Notes: generated from the letters alone by a model not told the origin. A stretch of 64,000 nucleotides of DNA from an uncultured Nitrososphaerota archaeon (GCA_963703285.1 OY969807.1:1088001-1152000), one strand, 5' to 3'; shown: positions 29,084 through 39,005, counted from the first letter of the stretch. Numbers and translations are program-made.

Positions 29084-29281
29084 GGGCCCGATCGCGCTCC
29101 ACGATTTCGTCCTAGAACGGGGTGGAGAAGCGGACTGGTGAAACCGGGGTTTTCATGGAGTGTTGCGCGCTGCTTGATCGCCGGGTCCCCGACCCTGCCA
29201 TGGCTACCGTTGGTCCGAGCTTGAAGCAAGGGGTGACCGTGGGCTGCTAGCGAAGTCTCCTTCGGCACAGTGGGGCGGGTC
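29084..29281 (+). ncRNA. Candidate structured non-coding RNA with two adjacent stem domains
   Basis: Pairings GGGCCCG/CGGGTCC, GCTCCA/TGGAGT, GACCC/GGGTC and CGAAG/CTTCG in an intergenic gap; TATA-like sequence near 29040. Confidence 0.35.
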
Positions 29282-29283
29282 TT

Positions 29284-30168
29284 CTAAGGCGTCTCGGCGG
29301 TCTCGGCGAGGGGCTGCGGAGCGCTCCCTGTCCCTCGTTCCGCTGCGTCGCCGACCACGTGAGTCTTCTCGGGCTTCTCGAGGAGGTGCTGGAGCCGCAG
29401 TGGACCGAGAGTGCCTCCCCTTCGCGCGTGGATCACCTCGGCCATTATGCTCACGGCAATCTCGGCAGGAGATATCGCGCCTATGTCTAGGCCCACGGGG
29501 GCGTAGACCTTGAGAATCCTCTCGACTGGTACGCCCTGATCCTTGAGCTGCTTGAAGGTGCTGTTCACCCTGTTCTTGCTGCCAATCATCCCGATGTACC
29601 TCGCGTTCGAGTCGATGACGGCTGAAAGAGCCTCGAAGTCGTACCGGTGGTCGGTCAGCATCAGTATGCTGTCGAACTGGTTGATCGGTATCTCCTTGAT
29701 CTTGTGCAGGATACCCTGGGTGTATACCTCGCACCCGGGAAAGACCTCTTTGTCGGCGAAAGGGTCGAGCACTATCACGTCGTAGTCGAGCATCTTGGCG
29801 ATCTGGCAGACCGCTCTTGCGACCCACCCCGAGCCGAAGACTATCAGCCTCTCACGCGGTTCAATAAGTTGCATCATCATCTTCATCTTGCCCCCGCAGG
29901 ACATCCCGATCCCCGACCAGCTGTTGTCCCCGAGATTGAACTCCTCAATCCTTGTCTTGCCGTCCTCGAACACCCTCCTGGCGGCCTTGACGACATACCT
30001 CTCAATGCAGCCGCCTCCGATGGTCCCGCACGTGGGTCCGTCCTGGAGAATCGCCATCTGCGCCCCGCCTCCCTGCGGGGCAGAGCCCTCAGCGTCGATT
30101 ACGGTCGCGATGACGATCTTGTTCCCCTCGGCCAGCTTCCTTCCAACGAAACTGTAGAACTCATCCAT
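29284..30168 (-). CDS. xdhC: XdhC/CoxI family molybdoenzyme maturation protein
   Basis: GSAP, GTIGGGCIE, CGG, YIGMIGS and APVGLDIGA..P.EIAVSI motifs. Confidence 0.92.
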   Translation of the reverse strand: MDEFYSFVGRKLAEGNKIVIATVIDAEGSAPQGGGAQMAILQDGPTCGTIGGGCIERYVVKAARRVFEDGKTRIEEFNLGDNSWSGIGMSCGGKMKMMMQLIEPRERLIVFGSGWVARAVCQIAKMLDYDVIVLDPFADKEVFPGCEVYTQGILHKIKEIPINQFDSILMLTDHRYDFEALSAVIDSNARYIGMIGSKNRVNSTFKQLKDQGVPVERILKVYAPVGLDIGAISPAEIAVSIMAEVIHARRGGTLGPLRLQHLLEKPEKTHVVGDAAERGTGSAPQPLAETAETP

Positions 30169-30197
30169 GGCTGTTCCACCACTCTCGACGCGGCGGC

Positions 30198-30572
30198 CTA
30201 GTCCCACCTTGCGCCGCAGGGACCGATCACGGGCATCGGCTTCTCCACCCTGACCTCTGGCGACTTCTTGACAAAGATGTGGAAGTCGGGACCGTCTTCG
30301 TAGGACCTGGAGACCTCCTGCCCGTGGTTCCAGCAGTACTTCAGGACGTTCTCCTTGGAGACGTGCTCGTTGACTATCACTTCAAGCGTCTGGCTTAGCT
30401 GAGCGTCGGACAGCGCCTTCTTGACCATGAGAATCGGCTTGGGGCAGAGCTGGTCTCTGCAGTCTACGACGTTCGCCACCTTCCCCTCAGGTCCTGTGGA
30501 TACCGCCGAGGACGCCGCGGGCTCGACTGTTTGCAGCGAAATCGTCTTCTCCATAACCGGAACGAGCGGCAA
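30198..30572 (-). CDS. tusA: TusA/SirA family sulfurtransferase
   Basis: VDCR..LCPKP motif. Confidence 0.85.
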   Translation of the reverse strand: MPLVPVMEKTISLQTVEPAASSAVSTGPEGKVANVVDCRDQLCPKPILMVKKALSDAQLSQTLEVIVNEHVSKENVLKYCWNHGQEVSRSYEDGPDFHIFVKKSPEVRVEKPMPVIGPCGARWD

Positions 30573-30632
30573 GTCCGATATTTATGGGAAGCGGTATAGC
30601 TTACCCACCGCCGCACCGCCCGTGGCGGACGG

Positions 30633-31505
30633 TCACCACTCGTCCAGGGCCTTCTTCAGAGCTTCCTCTATGTGGTCGACGATCTCGAAGACCTTCGTGG
30701 CGGGCGTGGGGTGGCTCAGCTCTCCCGCGAGTCGGTTCGCCTTCGACGCTATCAGGCAGGCCCTCACCGGTTCTAACCCTCCCGCCACCAGCGCGGAGAC
30801 GATTCCGGTTATCGTGTCTCCCGTCCCCCCGATGGGCTCCAGGACGGGAATGTTCGGCTCTGAGACCGTGTGGACTATCTTGCCGCTGTCGACTATGAAG
30901 TCAGTGGGGCCCTTCACCAGGAGATAGCGAGGGGAGTTCTTCTCGGAGTAGGCCTGGGAGATCAGTCTCGGGACATCGGTCGTGTCGACCTCGAAGAGCG
31001 CTGCCTTGACGTAGGCGGGGTGCCCGGCATCCGAGTCGGCGAGGAAGGAGATCTCCCCTGCGTCGGGCGTGAAGAGGTCGAACTTCTCGCAGACCCTCGT
31101 CGCCTTGGCGATCAGGAGCGCGCCAGCGTCGGCTATCATGAAGGGCTTCTTCGCCCAGTAGTCCGACATCTCGACGAAGGAGAGGAACTCGTTCCTCAGC
31201 GGCAGGATGTAGTGGAGCGTCACCGTCGAGGGGCCGAGGCCCCCCGCATCCTCGGTGAGGAACTTGTAGACGAGCTTCGAGCCCGCTCCCTCGCCAAGGT
31301 CCCCGGCGACGACGCTCATGGGAGGCTCGGTGCCCAGCGCCTGGGTGGTCTTCAGGGCGGCGGCCATCATCGCCGTTGCCCCGATGGAGAGCATCTCCTT
31401 CGGCACCTCCATCTCGCCGATGTGCATGGTCTCGCCGTCGTACTTCACCTGCCCCACCGTGACGGATTCGGTCGTAAGGGGGAGAGTCCCGGAAAGCAGG
31501 AGCAT
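30633..31505 (-). CDS. YjeF-C/ribokinase-fold sugar kinase-like protein
   Basis: GD.G.G.GS, IADAG, TPD.GE, HPAY and GGTGD motifs. Confidence 0.85.
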   Translation of the reverse strand: MLLLSGTLPLTTESVTVGQVKYDGETMHIGEMEVPKEMLSIGATAMMAAALKTTQALGTEPPMSVVAGDLGEGAGSKLVYKFLTEDAGGLGPSTVTLHYILPLRNEFLSFVEMSDYWAKKPFMIADAGALLIAKATRVCEKFDLFTPDAGEISFLADSDAGHPAYVKAALFEVDTTDVPRLISQAYSEKNSPRYLLVKGPTDFIVDSGKIVHTVSEPNIPVLEPIGGTGDTITGIVSALVAGGLEPVRACLIASKANRLAGELSHPTPATKVFEIVDHIEEALKKALDEW

Positions 31506-32042
31506 CTACTTACCCTTCCACTGCTTCAGCGCGACCTCGTAGGCCTTCTGGAGGGTGTAGGCGCAGAGCGTGAAGCCGATCTGGGCAGGCGCGACGGTGT
31601 CCTCGAGCGTCTTCCCGACCATCTTGACGGCGAGCAGCGGGATGTCCGGGCACCCGCCGCCCGAGACGTTCACGACCGTTCCCGTCTTCTTCTCGTAGGT
31701 CAGCTTCATGTTCCCGACCCTGACCATCATGTAGTCGCCGAAGTCCACCCGCTTGACGAGCTTGCTGATCTGCAGCTCCGGGAGGTCGCCGGTGAACTTG
31801 AAGATGACGTCAAAGACGTTGATCCCCTGCACCCTGAGGATCTCCTCGGCCGCCATAGCCTCGCTGGTGGGGACGGAGACCGAGAGGTCGCAGCCCGTCC
31901 TCACGTCCGGCGGAGGGGAACCCGAGCGGGTGTGGAACCCGGCGCTGATGAGCATGTCCTCGGCCCTCATGCCGTCCCTGAAGTGCTCGAAGAGGAAGAC
32001 CGAACGGTCCGTCTCCTCCGCCGGGTTGATGTCGGTCGACAC
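31506..32042 (-). CDS. DUF3343 domain protein
   Basis: AE..L..G..PP..RTGC; SGGGCPD.P; TLCAY.L. Confidence 0.8.
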   Translation of the reverse strand: MSTDINPAEETDRSVFLFEHFRDGMRAEDMLISAGFHTRSGSPPPDVRTGCDLSVSVPTSEAMAAEEILRVQGINVFDVIFKFTGDLPELQISKLVKRVDFGDYMMVRVGNMKLTYEKKTGTVVNVSGGGCPDIPLLAVKMVGKTLEDTVAPAQIGFTLCAYTLQKAYEVALKQWKGK

Positions 32043-32140
32043 GCTTAGTCATCCCCCGGATTTGATGTAATCAAGAACGTTTACCCTCTGCAAAGCATCA
32101 AGAAATGCTTATCTCCGCGGGACCGACGCTTCGAATCGAA

Positions 32141-32494
32141 TTGACGTACTTCGGAATCGTCCTCCGCGGCGGCCCGTACCAGAGCCAGAGATGGGAGACG
32201 GCGTACAGCATCGCCAGGGCCGCGTTGAACAGGTCGGACAAGGTGACGATCTTCCTCTACATGGACGGGGTCTACAACGCGCTCGCGACGGAGGACTTCC
32301 CTTTCCTGCAGAAGCTGCCGAAGGACCACGTCGACTCGCTGCTCGACCAGGGCGCCCACGTCTTCGCCTGCCTGACCTGCACGGACAACAGGGGGCTCGA
32401 GGACGGGAAGAACTACCTCAAGAGGGTCCAAGTGACGGGAGCGACCCATGCCTCCGAGATGGTGAGCGAGTGCGACAGGATCATCAATCTCTGA
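32141..32494 (+). CDS. dsrE: DsrE/TusD family sulfur-relay protein
   Basis: GPY, IFLYMDGV and C..C...RG motifs. Confidence 0.85.
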   Translation: MTYFGIVLRGGPYQSQRWETAYSIARAALNRSDKVTIFLYMDGVYNALATEDFPFLQKLPKDHVDSLLDQGAHVFACLTCTDNRGLEDGKNYLKRVQVTGATHASEMVSECDRIINL

Positions 32495-32506
32495 GGTTGG
32501 GCTGGC

Positions 32507-32767
32507 ATGACGATTTACCTGGTCGACGAGCCGTTCCTCGACGTCGCGATATCCTACGCGTCGCGCGACCCGGGAGCCCGCCTGGTGCTCCTCCAGGATG
32601 CCGTCTACTCGTCAGCGAGGGCCGACCTCCCGGGGCAGGTCTACGCCGTCGAGGACGACGTCACGCGCAGAGGATTGAGGGCGAAGATGCCTCCGGGTGT
32701 CCACGTCATAGGCTACGACGAGCTCGTCAGGATGATTGAGGACGAGAAGGTAGTCAACTTCCTGTAG
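32507..32767 (+). CDS. dsrH: DsrH/TusB family protein
   Basis: LLQDAVY; D...RG; I.Y..LV. Confidence 0.88.
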   Translation: MTIYLVDEPFLDVAISYASRDPGARLVLLQDAVYSSARADLPGQVYAVEDDVTRRGLRAKMPPGVHVIGYDELVRMIEDEKVVNFL

Positions 32768-33131
32768 GTGCCCTGGCACGCCCAAGAAGGTCTTCGTCTC
32801 GATAATCAGGCCACCGGTGGGCAGCTCCTACTACATCGAGGGGCTCAGGCTCGCCCTGGGGGTACTCGGGGGGACCGACGACCACGAGGTCACCATAGCC
32901 CACCTAGGGAAGGGCGTCTATTCGGCCCTGAAGGGCGTCGACAGGTCGTACGCCGACGGGCTGATGTCCATGTTCCAGAAGGACGCGAGGGGAAACCTGT
33001 TCTACGTGGAGCGGGAGTCGCTCGCGGAGGCGGGGATACCCGAGTCCGACGTGGCGGACGGTTTTGGCATCGCCTCGAGGGACGAGCTGAGGGAGAGGAT
33101 GCTCCAGGCCGACGCCGTCTTCAGCTTCTGA
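32768..33131 (+). CDS. dsrF: DsrF/TusC-like protein; start region appears frameshifted
   Basis: PKKVFVSII.PP.G...EGLR.A; GVY; ESL...G; third gene of a DsrE-H-F trio. Confidence 0.7.
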
Positions 33132-33262
33132 GCCTGAAAGACGCCATCTCGTGAAGCGGTGATGGAGAAGTCTCTCAACCAGGGATCTTACGAACGGCCC
33201 CTGCGGAACGATTCTAACATAGCGGCTTAACCCAAACCTTGGTTCGAGACACCGAATGGAAA

Positions 33263-33816
33263 ATGAGCGAAACCGAGACTGACGAGAAGAAGGAGTACGT
33301 CAGGAGAGAGCCCGAAGCGGTCGAGGGGGAAAGCATTTCAGGATGGAGCTTGGCGAGAAGCCGGGTGTCGCATTGAGGAGAATAGAACTGCCCTCGAATG
33401 AACTCGTTCAGGAGCTTCAGAAGCACCTTCAAGAGAAGAGGTTTGGAGGGGCCACGCACGACAAGGGGCGGAGGGAACTGCAGTATCCGGACGGCATGAA
33501 AGATTCGGAATGGTCCGCAATCAAGGGCGAGGTCGAGAAGTGGGCGAAGGGCAAGAACATGGACGTCTCGGAACTGCTGAAGATCCAGTCCCGCAAGCAG
33601 GAGTCGGCGCAGCACAAGGAGGAGGCGAAGGAGCACACGAAGGAGCAGGAGGAGGACATGAAGAAGAGGGTCGCCGCTCTCTCACCCGAGAAGGCGGAGG
33701 AGCGTTATGCCTACCTCTCCAGCAAGCCCCTCTCGGAGCTGACCGACCTGGAGTACATGGAGAGGATCGCGTTGGCAGCGAAGCCGTCAGTGAAGAACAA
33801 GCCTCAGAAGGGGTAG
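33263..33816 (+). CDS. Hypothetical charged protein, probably frameshifted at the G-run 33325-33329
   Basis: MSETETDEKKEY.. joins KHFRMELGEK.. if one G is added. Confidence 0.55.
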
Positions 33817-33884
33817 GCGAGGCATCCGCTCGACGGGGGCGCTTGAGAAAAGCGTCGAAGAGGATTCGACCGCGGACCTGGATA

Positions 33885-34166
33885 TCATTCAACGCCGGTC
33901 GACGCGCTGACCGGACGGACCTTTTCCCTCAGGGACGGTACGAGGCCCAGGGCCTCCTCAACGTCCATGTTCTTTCCGGTCAGAGACGCCGAGTACAGGA
34001 GCTCGCCCTCCGCCACAAGAAGGGCTGTCGGAGAGACCATCCTCCCGAACGCCCTCCCGCCCGGGCCCTTCATGGAAGTGACCTCGCATATGACATAGAA
34101 CGTCCTCTTCCCGACCGTGAAGGTCGCGTCGGCGCGAAACTCGGTCTCCGCCCGAATGTCAATCAA
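33885..34166 (-). CDS. Hypothetical protein (YtfJ operon member)
   Basis: V.P.AL.V.E motif; abuts the DUF2953 gene. Confidence 0.65.
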   Translation of the reverse strand: MIDIRAETEFRADATFTVGKRTFYVICEVTSMKGPGGRAFGRMVSPTALLVAEGELLYSASLTGKNMDVEEALGLVPSLREKVRPVSASTGVE

Positions 34167-34769
34167 TCAGCTCCTGACCTCCTTGATCAGGGAGCGGAAG
34201 GACCTGTGGAGGTAGGCCCTCGCGAAACCCGTGACGAGGGAGAATAATCTCACCCTCAAATGAGCGGCTATCGAGCCCTCGAGCCGAAGATTCTCCATAT
34301 CTGGATGCACGGTCAGCGACACCATAGGCGACAGGTTGGGGATCCAGGAGACGCTCCAGATGTATCCCGCAGCGAGGGCCGTGTCGGCAGGGTCACCGAG
34401 CCCGAAGGTGACGTCGACGGAGAGCCTTCGGATCTTAACCGCCCTGCGGAACGACCTTCCAAGAACCAGGAGGGATGAGCGGGACTCCCAGAGAAGTGTG
34501 ACGATGCGCGAGAGACGGCCGACGTCGAATCCCGCCCTCCCGGGTTTACCACCTTCCGCGGCTTTCCCCTCCTTGGACGCCGCCCGCCCGGGCTTGGTTC
34601 GCCACAGCGTCAGGCCGAGCCATCTGACCATGACGCGGCCTTTTTGGGAGGAACCAACCCTGGATGCCTCGAGAGACAGGTCGAACGGAACAAGCAGGAC
34701 AGCTAGGACGAGTGTAAGAAGGATGAGGAGGATGATCGCCAGCAGCTCAAGGAGTAAGGGCGACCGTAT
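34167..34769 (-). CDS. DUF2953 domain membrane protein; start uncertain
   Basis: FGLGDPADTA...G motif; an in-frame TM segment lies upstream of the first ATG. Confidence 0.75.
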   Translation of the reverse strand: MRSPLLLELLAIILLILLTLVLAVLLVPFDLSLEASRVGSSQKGRVMVRWLGLTLWRTKPGRAASKEGKAAEGGKPGRAGFDVGRLSRIVTLLWESRSSLLVLGRSFRRAVKIRRLSVDVTFGLGDPADTALAAGYIWSVSWIPNLSPMVSLTVHPDMENLRLEGSIAAHLRVRLFSLVTGFARAYLHRSFRSLIKEVRS

Positions 34770-34788
34770 CCCCTCTCGGTTGGGGTTG

Positions 34789-35172
34789 CTACTCCTTTTC
34801 TTCTGCCTTGGCCTTTGATTCCTTGACCCGTTCCATCAGGGTCGAGGCGATTTCGCCGATCGCCTTTCCGACAGAGCTCGGGGGCCTCAACGACCTGACT
34901 TCCACGCCCTCCGGCCCCTTCACGGACTTGTGGACGATTATCACGGCGACGGGGCTGACGCCGGCTACTCCTCCCGTGCCCATGCCTGCTCCAGCCTCGC
35001 CCTTCTCCCCCTTGCCCTCGCCCTTCCCCGCGCCGAAGCCGAGCCCGACTCTGGTGATCGTGATCATCACGTTGTCGCCCACCTCGATCGGGTCGGAGAT
35101 GACGTTCTTCGTCGAAATCACTTTCAAAAGCTCCTCGACCGTCGTCTTTGTGTCCTGTTCCACTGCGCTCAT
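34789..35172 (-). CDS. YtfJ/GerW family protein
   Basis: VI.DPI.V, V.LGFG.G, GG..GV.PVA.I motifs. Confidence 0.88.
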   Translation of the reverse strand: MSAVEQDTKTTVEELLKVISTKNVISDPIEVGDNVMITITRVGLGFGAGKGEGKGEKGEAGAGMGTGGVAGVSPVAVIIVHKSVKGPEGVEVRSLRPPSSVGKAIGEIASTLMERVKESKAKAEEKE

Positions 35173-35276
35173 TGGGATTCCTCTGTTTTCGTCGAAACTC
35201 CCTTCTAGTTAAACTGCGTGCCCTTACTCAAAGTTCAATGTCGCACAACGGGCCGGCACCGGAGCCTGCTGGGGTG

Positions 35277-35663
35277 TCAGCTACGGGAGCGAAGCGCCTC
35301 TTCAATCGTCCGCGCGGCCGCCTCCTTGTCGTCGACCTCGAAGACAATCTGCTTGTACGTCTCGTGGTCGAGGTTTACCGTGATGCACTTGTCGGGATGG
35401 TGCATCTCGAAGAACGACAGCGACCCGTCGGAGGTCATGAACCTGCCGTCCTTGGCAACGCCAGGAAGGCCGGTCCCGCCGACCCTCAGCTGCTGGAACG
35501 CCTTCCACGGGACGCGCTCGGTGGAGACCGAGGTGACGTGCTCGAGCGGGACCGATATGGTCCTCTTCAAGGAGAGTATCTCGTCGAAGCCGTGGATCTC
35601 AAAGACGAGGTTGTCTCCCTCGATCTTTACGGTTCCACCTTCTAGCTTTGGCTTTCCGACCAC
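35277..35663 (-). CDS. Hypothetical PH-like protein
   Basis: VPL.HV; R.GGT.LPG...G.F pattern. Confidence 0.7.
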   Translation of the reverse strand: MVGKPKLEGGTVKIEGDNLVFEIHGFDEILSLKRTISVPLEHVTSVSTERVPWKAFQQLRVGGTGLPGVAKDGRFMTSDGSLSFFEMHHPDKCITVNLDHETYKQIVFEVDDKEAAARTIEEALRSRS

Positions 35664-35768
35664 GATTTCGCGTTTCGTTTCCCTCTGATTAGTCTTGCGC
35701 CTCCCCGTAGCGTCGCTGGCTCCGGAAGCTCATCTCTGCGACGCTCGTCGGCCCGACCCAGTTCATGG

Positions 35769-35984
35769 TCAGCCTTGAGGTCTTTTCACCCGAAGCTGGG
35801 TGAAGTAGATGTCTGCAAAGAACGCCGCGGCTATGCAGATCCAGCCCACCGGCACTACGTTCACGGCTCCGAGGTGCGTCATCGTCGGGAGGAAGGTCAG
35901 CAGGACGAGCGAGACCATGAACCATCCTATGTACAGGAACACGTACAGGATGATCCTGAATGGCCATCGGAGTATCTCGGTCAT
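35769..35984 (-). CDS. Small 2-TM membrane protein
   Basis: Hydrophobic 71-aa ORF. Confidence 0.55.
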   Translation of the reverse strand: MTEILRWPFRIILYVFLYIGWFMVSLVLLTFLPTMTHLGAVNVVPVGWICIAAAFFADIYFTQLRVKRPQG

Positions 35985-36071
35985 CGCTGTTGGTCCCCTC
36001 CTCCGAAGGCCCCAGATTGCGGACGAATGTTATCTTCTTTTGGCCGGAGTCGGCTTCGGCAAGAGTGGCGT

Positions 36072-36341
36072 CTAGCGGCGCGCTTTCTCTATCTCGTTGA
36101 GGCGCGCCTTGATCTCTGCAAGCTCCTGAACGGCTGGGAACCGCTTCTCGAGGGAGTCAATCTTGGTGTTCACTGCCTCGAAGCGCGCGTCCATCTTGGA
36201 GTTCACGGCCTCGAATCTGGCGTCGATCACCTTCTCTAGATGTCCCACCTCCTCCCTTACGATGGAGCGTATCTTCGACTCGAGGCTAGGTATCAGGAGC
36301 CTCTCGACCCATCCAGGGACCTTCTCCGCTACCCTCGACAA
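36072..36341 (-). CDS. Small coiled-coil protein with an 11-aa tandem repeat
   Basis: DARFEAVN occurs twice; TATA upstream. Confidence 0.65.
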   Translation of the reverse strand: MSRVAEKVPGWVERLLIPSLESKIRSIVREEVGHLEKVIDARFEAVNSKMDARFEAVNTKIDSLEKRFPAVQELAEIKARLNEIEKARR

Positions 36342-36478
36342 CTCAGCTTCACGCGGATTTAGTCCACGACCATATTTAAGACACGCTAAACCGTCCGCGC
36401 TTCACTTCTCGCCCACCCAGAGTGTTGTACTTCGCCCTCCAGTGGCGGGTCAAAGAAACGTAGTACTCCCTTGAGACG

Positions 36479-37111
36479 TCAGAGATGAATCAGAGGCAGG
36501 ACGAGCAGGATTGCGATAACAAGGAACGCCAGTCCGGATACCAGTGTCAGTGCCCGCATACCCCGCTCTCCGGTCAGCTTGCGGCCGCGTGATGAAACGA
36601 GTATCAGCAGCAGGCTTATCCCCGCCGAAGTCAAGATGATGTCTAGGCCGAAGATTGCGTAGGCGACGGTGCCGACGGAGCTGAGCCCGTCTTCGAGTAT
36701 CGCGGCTCCCACCGTCAAAAGCCACAGGATGTACGCCGGATTGAGCACCGTCATCGCGAATCCGCGGGCGAAGGAGCCGCCGGGGGCGATCCGCGAGTTC
36801 CCGGGATGACCCCTTAGCGCGGTCCAGACAGCGGACGCTCCGATGAAGACGAGGAGGGCCGCCCCGACGAGACTGAGCTCCGGCACCACCTGACGAAGGA
36901 ACAACAGGAGGCCCGTCGCCAGTACGAGTAGAAGCATGACCTGGGCGGTCATCGCCCCCAGCATCATCAGCAACCCCGCGTGGATGCTCCGGACGCCCTC
37001 GCTGATGGATAGAAAGAATATCGGTCCCGGCACGATGAAGATGAAGAGACACGTTGCGAACGAGTAGGCAACGTACTCCAACACCGTCAAGGGCTGGCTG
37101 GTCGGTGCCAC
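36479..37111 (-). CDS. LysE family translocator
   Basis: PGP, G...LNP and W motifs; 6 TM helices. Confidence 0.85.
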   Translation of the reverse strand: MAPTSQPLTVLEYVAYSFATCLFIFIVPGPIFFLSISEGVRSIHAGLLMMLGAMTAQVMLLLVLATGLLLFLRQVVPELSLVGAALLVFIGASAVWTALRGHPGNSRIAPGGSFARGFAMTVLNPAYILWLLTVGAAILEDGLSSVGTVAYAIFGLDIILTSAGISLLLILVSSRGRKLTGERGMRALTLVSGLAFLVIAILLVLPLIHL

Positions 37112-37331
37112 GGACCGGCTATTTAATGCCGAAAAACGGCGGCCATCACTTTATAACCGGACCCCGGTCTCATCTGGGATTTGCAATCTGACCGAAGGCT
37201 GCCTCCAAGGCAGAGTTGAGAATCCTTCCTCCGCGACATTTGTCTTCGACAACCGCCTCCACGCTCAATTCACCATTCACCCTCAGAGAAGTTAAAAGGC
37301 TTATAACATATGTGCGCCGACGCCCTCTGCA

Positions 37332-39005
37332 ATGGCTCAGATTGCAGACATCTCCCTAGAGGTAAGGAAGGAGGTCGCAAAGGGCAAGTTCATCCGGCAG
37401 ACCCAGTCGATATGCCCGGACTGCAACAGGATACTCCCGGCGATTGTCTTCGAGCGCGAAGGCAAGGTCTTCATGACCAAGACCTGCCCGCAGCACGGCG
37501 AGACCGAGGAGCTCTATTTCGGCTCCTACGAGATGTACGCCAAGTTCTCACGCTTCTGGAAGGACGGGAAGGGCACGCACGCGGCCAACGTCCCCATGGA
37601 CGTCTGCTCGTGCCCCGCGAACTGCGGGCTGTGCTCCAACCACCTCTCGCACACGGGTCTCTCGAACATCATCGTGACGAACCGCTGCGACCTAACCTGC
37701 TGGTACTGCTTCTTCTACGTCAAGAAGGGGCTCGAGGGCGCCTACGTCTACGAGCCGACGCTGCCGCAGATTCGCGAGATGGCCCGGACGCTCAAGGCCG
37801 AGAGGCCGGTCCCCGGCAACTCCGTCCAGATAACGGGCGGCGAGCCGACGATACGCGACGACCTGCCCGAGATAATCCAGATTATGAAGGAGGAGGGCGT
37901 AGACCACATCCAGCTCAACACCAACGGGATCAACCTGGCGCTCGACCCCGGGATGGCCCAGAGGCTGAAGGTCGCCGGAGTCTCGAACCTCTACATGTCC
38001 TTCGACGGCACCAGCCCCAAGACGAACCCGAAGAACCACTGGGAGGCGCCCTACGCCATAGAGGCCTGCAAGAGGGCGGGCATCGGCGTCGTCCTCGTCC
38101 CGACGGTCATCAAGTCCATCAACGACCACGAGCTCGGGTCCATCATCGAGTTCGGCCACAGGAACCTCGGCACCGTTCACGCCGTCAACTTCCAGCCCGT
38201 GTCGCTGACCGGGCGCATGACCGCCAAGGAGCGAGCAAAGTACCGCATCACGATACCCGACTGCATCAAGAGGATTGAGGAGCAGACGAACGGAGAGATT
38301 ACCTCGGAGGGCTGGTTCCCCGTCCCGTCGTGCTCGCCGCTGACCTCGTTCATCGAGGCGTTCACCAAGAAGGAGCAGTACGAGCTCTCGATACACTTCG
38401 CATGCGGCGCGGGGACCTACGTCTTCGAGGACGCGGAGACCAAGAAGCTGGTGCCGCTGACGAACTTCGTCGACATCCAGGGGCTCGTCGAGTACCTGGA
38501 GGAGAAGACGGAGGAGATTTACTCGGGGACGAACAGGTACGTGGTCGCCGCGAGGGTCCTCACCCAGATAAACAGGTTCGTCAACAGGGAGAAGCAGCCC
38601 AAGGGGATGTCGTTCGGGAAGATGATAACCAACGCGCTCATCAGGCACGACTACGCCGCCATAGGGGACTTCCACACAAAGTCGATGTTCCTCGGAATGA
38701 TGCATTTTCAGGATAAATACAATCAAGATGAGGAGAGACTTCAGCGCTGCGACATCCACTATCTGACTCCGGACCTGAGGATAATACCATTTTGCTCATT
38801 TAATGTCATACCTGAGTGGTACCGCGACCGCATCCAGCAGAAGTACGGCATGCCGATCGAGGCCTGGGAGAAGAAGGTCGGTCGCAAGCTCGAGGACGGA
38901 CTCTACCGTGGCACCCTTCGCAGAGGCGGCCACGTCGCAGGATGCGGATGCGCGCTCGGCGAGAACGGCGAAGAGATCCACATCCAACCGATAACCGGAA
39001 CCTAA
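37332..39005 (+). CDS. tes: Radical SAM tetraether (GDGT) lipid synthase
   Basis: N-terminal SICPDC..KTCPQHG; CP.NCGLC..H.SHT; TNRCDLTCWYCF; TGGEPT; NFQPVS..GR; MHFQD.YN.D.ER..RC.IHY..IIPFC.FN. Confidence 0.9.
   Translation: MAQIADISLEVRKEVAKGKFIRQTQSICPDCNRILPAIVFEREGKVFMTKTCPQHGETEELYFGSYEMYAKFSRFWKDGKGTHAANVPMDVCSCPANCGLCSNHLSHTGLSNIIVTNRCDLTCWYCFFYVKKGLEGAYVYEPTLPQIREMARTLKAERPVPGNSVQITGGEPTIRDDLPEIIQIMKEEGVDHIQLNTNGINLALDPGMAQRLKVAGVSNLYMSFDGTSPKTNPKNHWEAPYAIEACKRAGIGVVLVPTVIKSINDHELGSIIEFGHRNLGTVHAVNFQPVSLTGRMTAKERAKYRITIPDCIKRIEEQTNGEITSEGWFPVPSCSPLTSFIEAFTKKEQYELSIHFACGAGTYVFEDAETKKLVPLTNFVDIQGLVEYLEEKTEEIYSGTNRYVVAARVLTQINRFVNREKQPKGMSFGKMITNALIRHDYAAIGDFHTKSMFLGMMHFQDKYNQDEERLQRCDIHYLTPDLRIIPFCSFNVIPEWYRDRIQQKYGMPIEAWEKKVGRKLEDGLYRGTLRRGGHVAGCGCALGENGEEIHIQPITGT
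38910..39005 (+). repeat. tes 3'-end repeat, copy 1 (in-gene; left boundary of the island)
   Basis: GAGAACGGCGAAGAGATCCACATCCAACCGATAACCGGAACCTAA (NGEEIHIQPITGT*). Confidence 0.85.

Noticed and set aside
29191-29281. 5S rRNA, tRNA-Sec or SECIS
   Set aside because: Too short for 5S and lacks the CGAAC loop. The minus-strand TTCAA is not within a cloverleaf. No in-frame TGA was seen in neighbouring genes.
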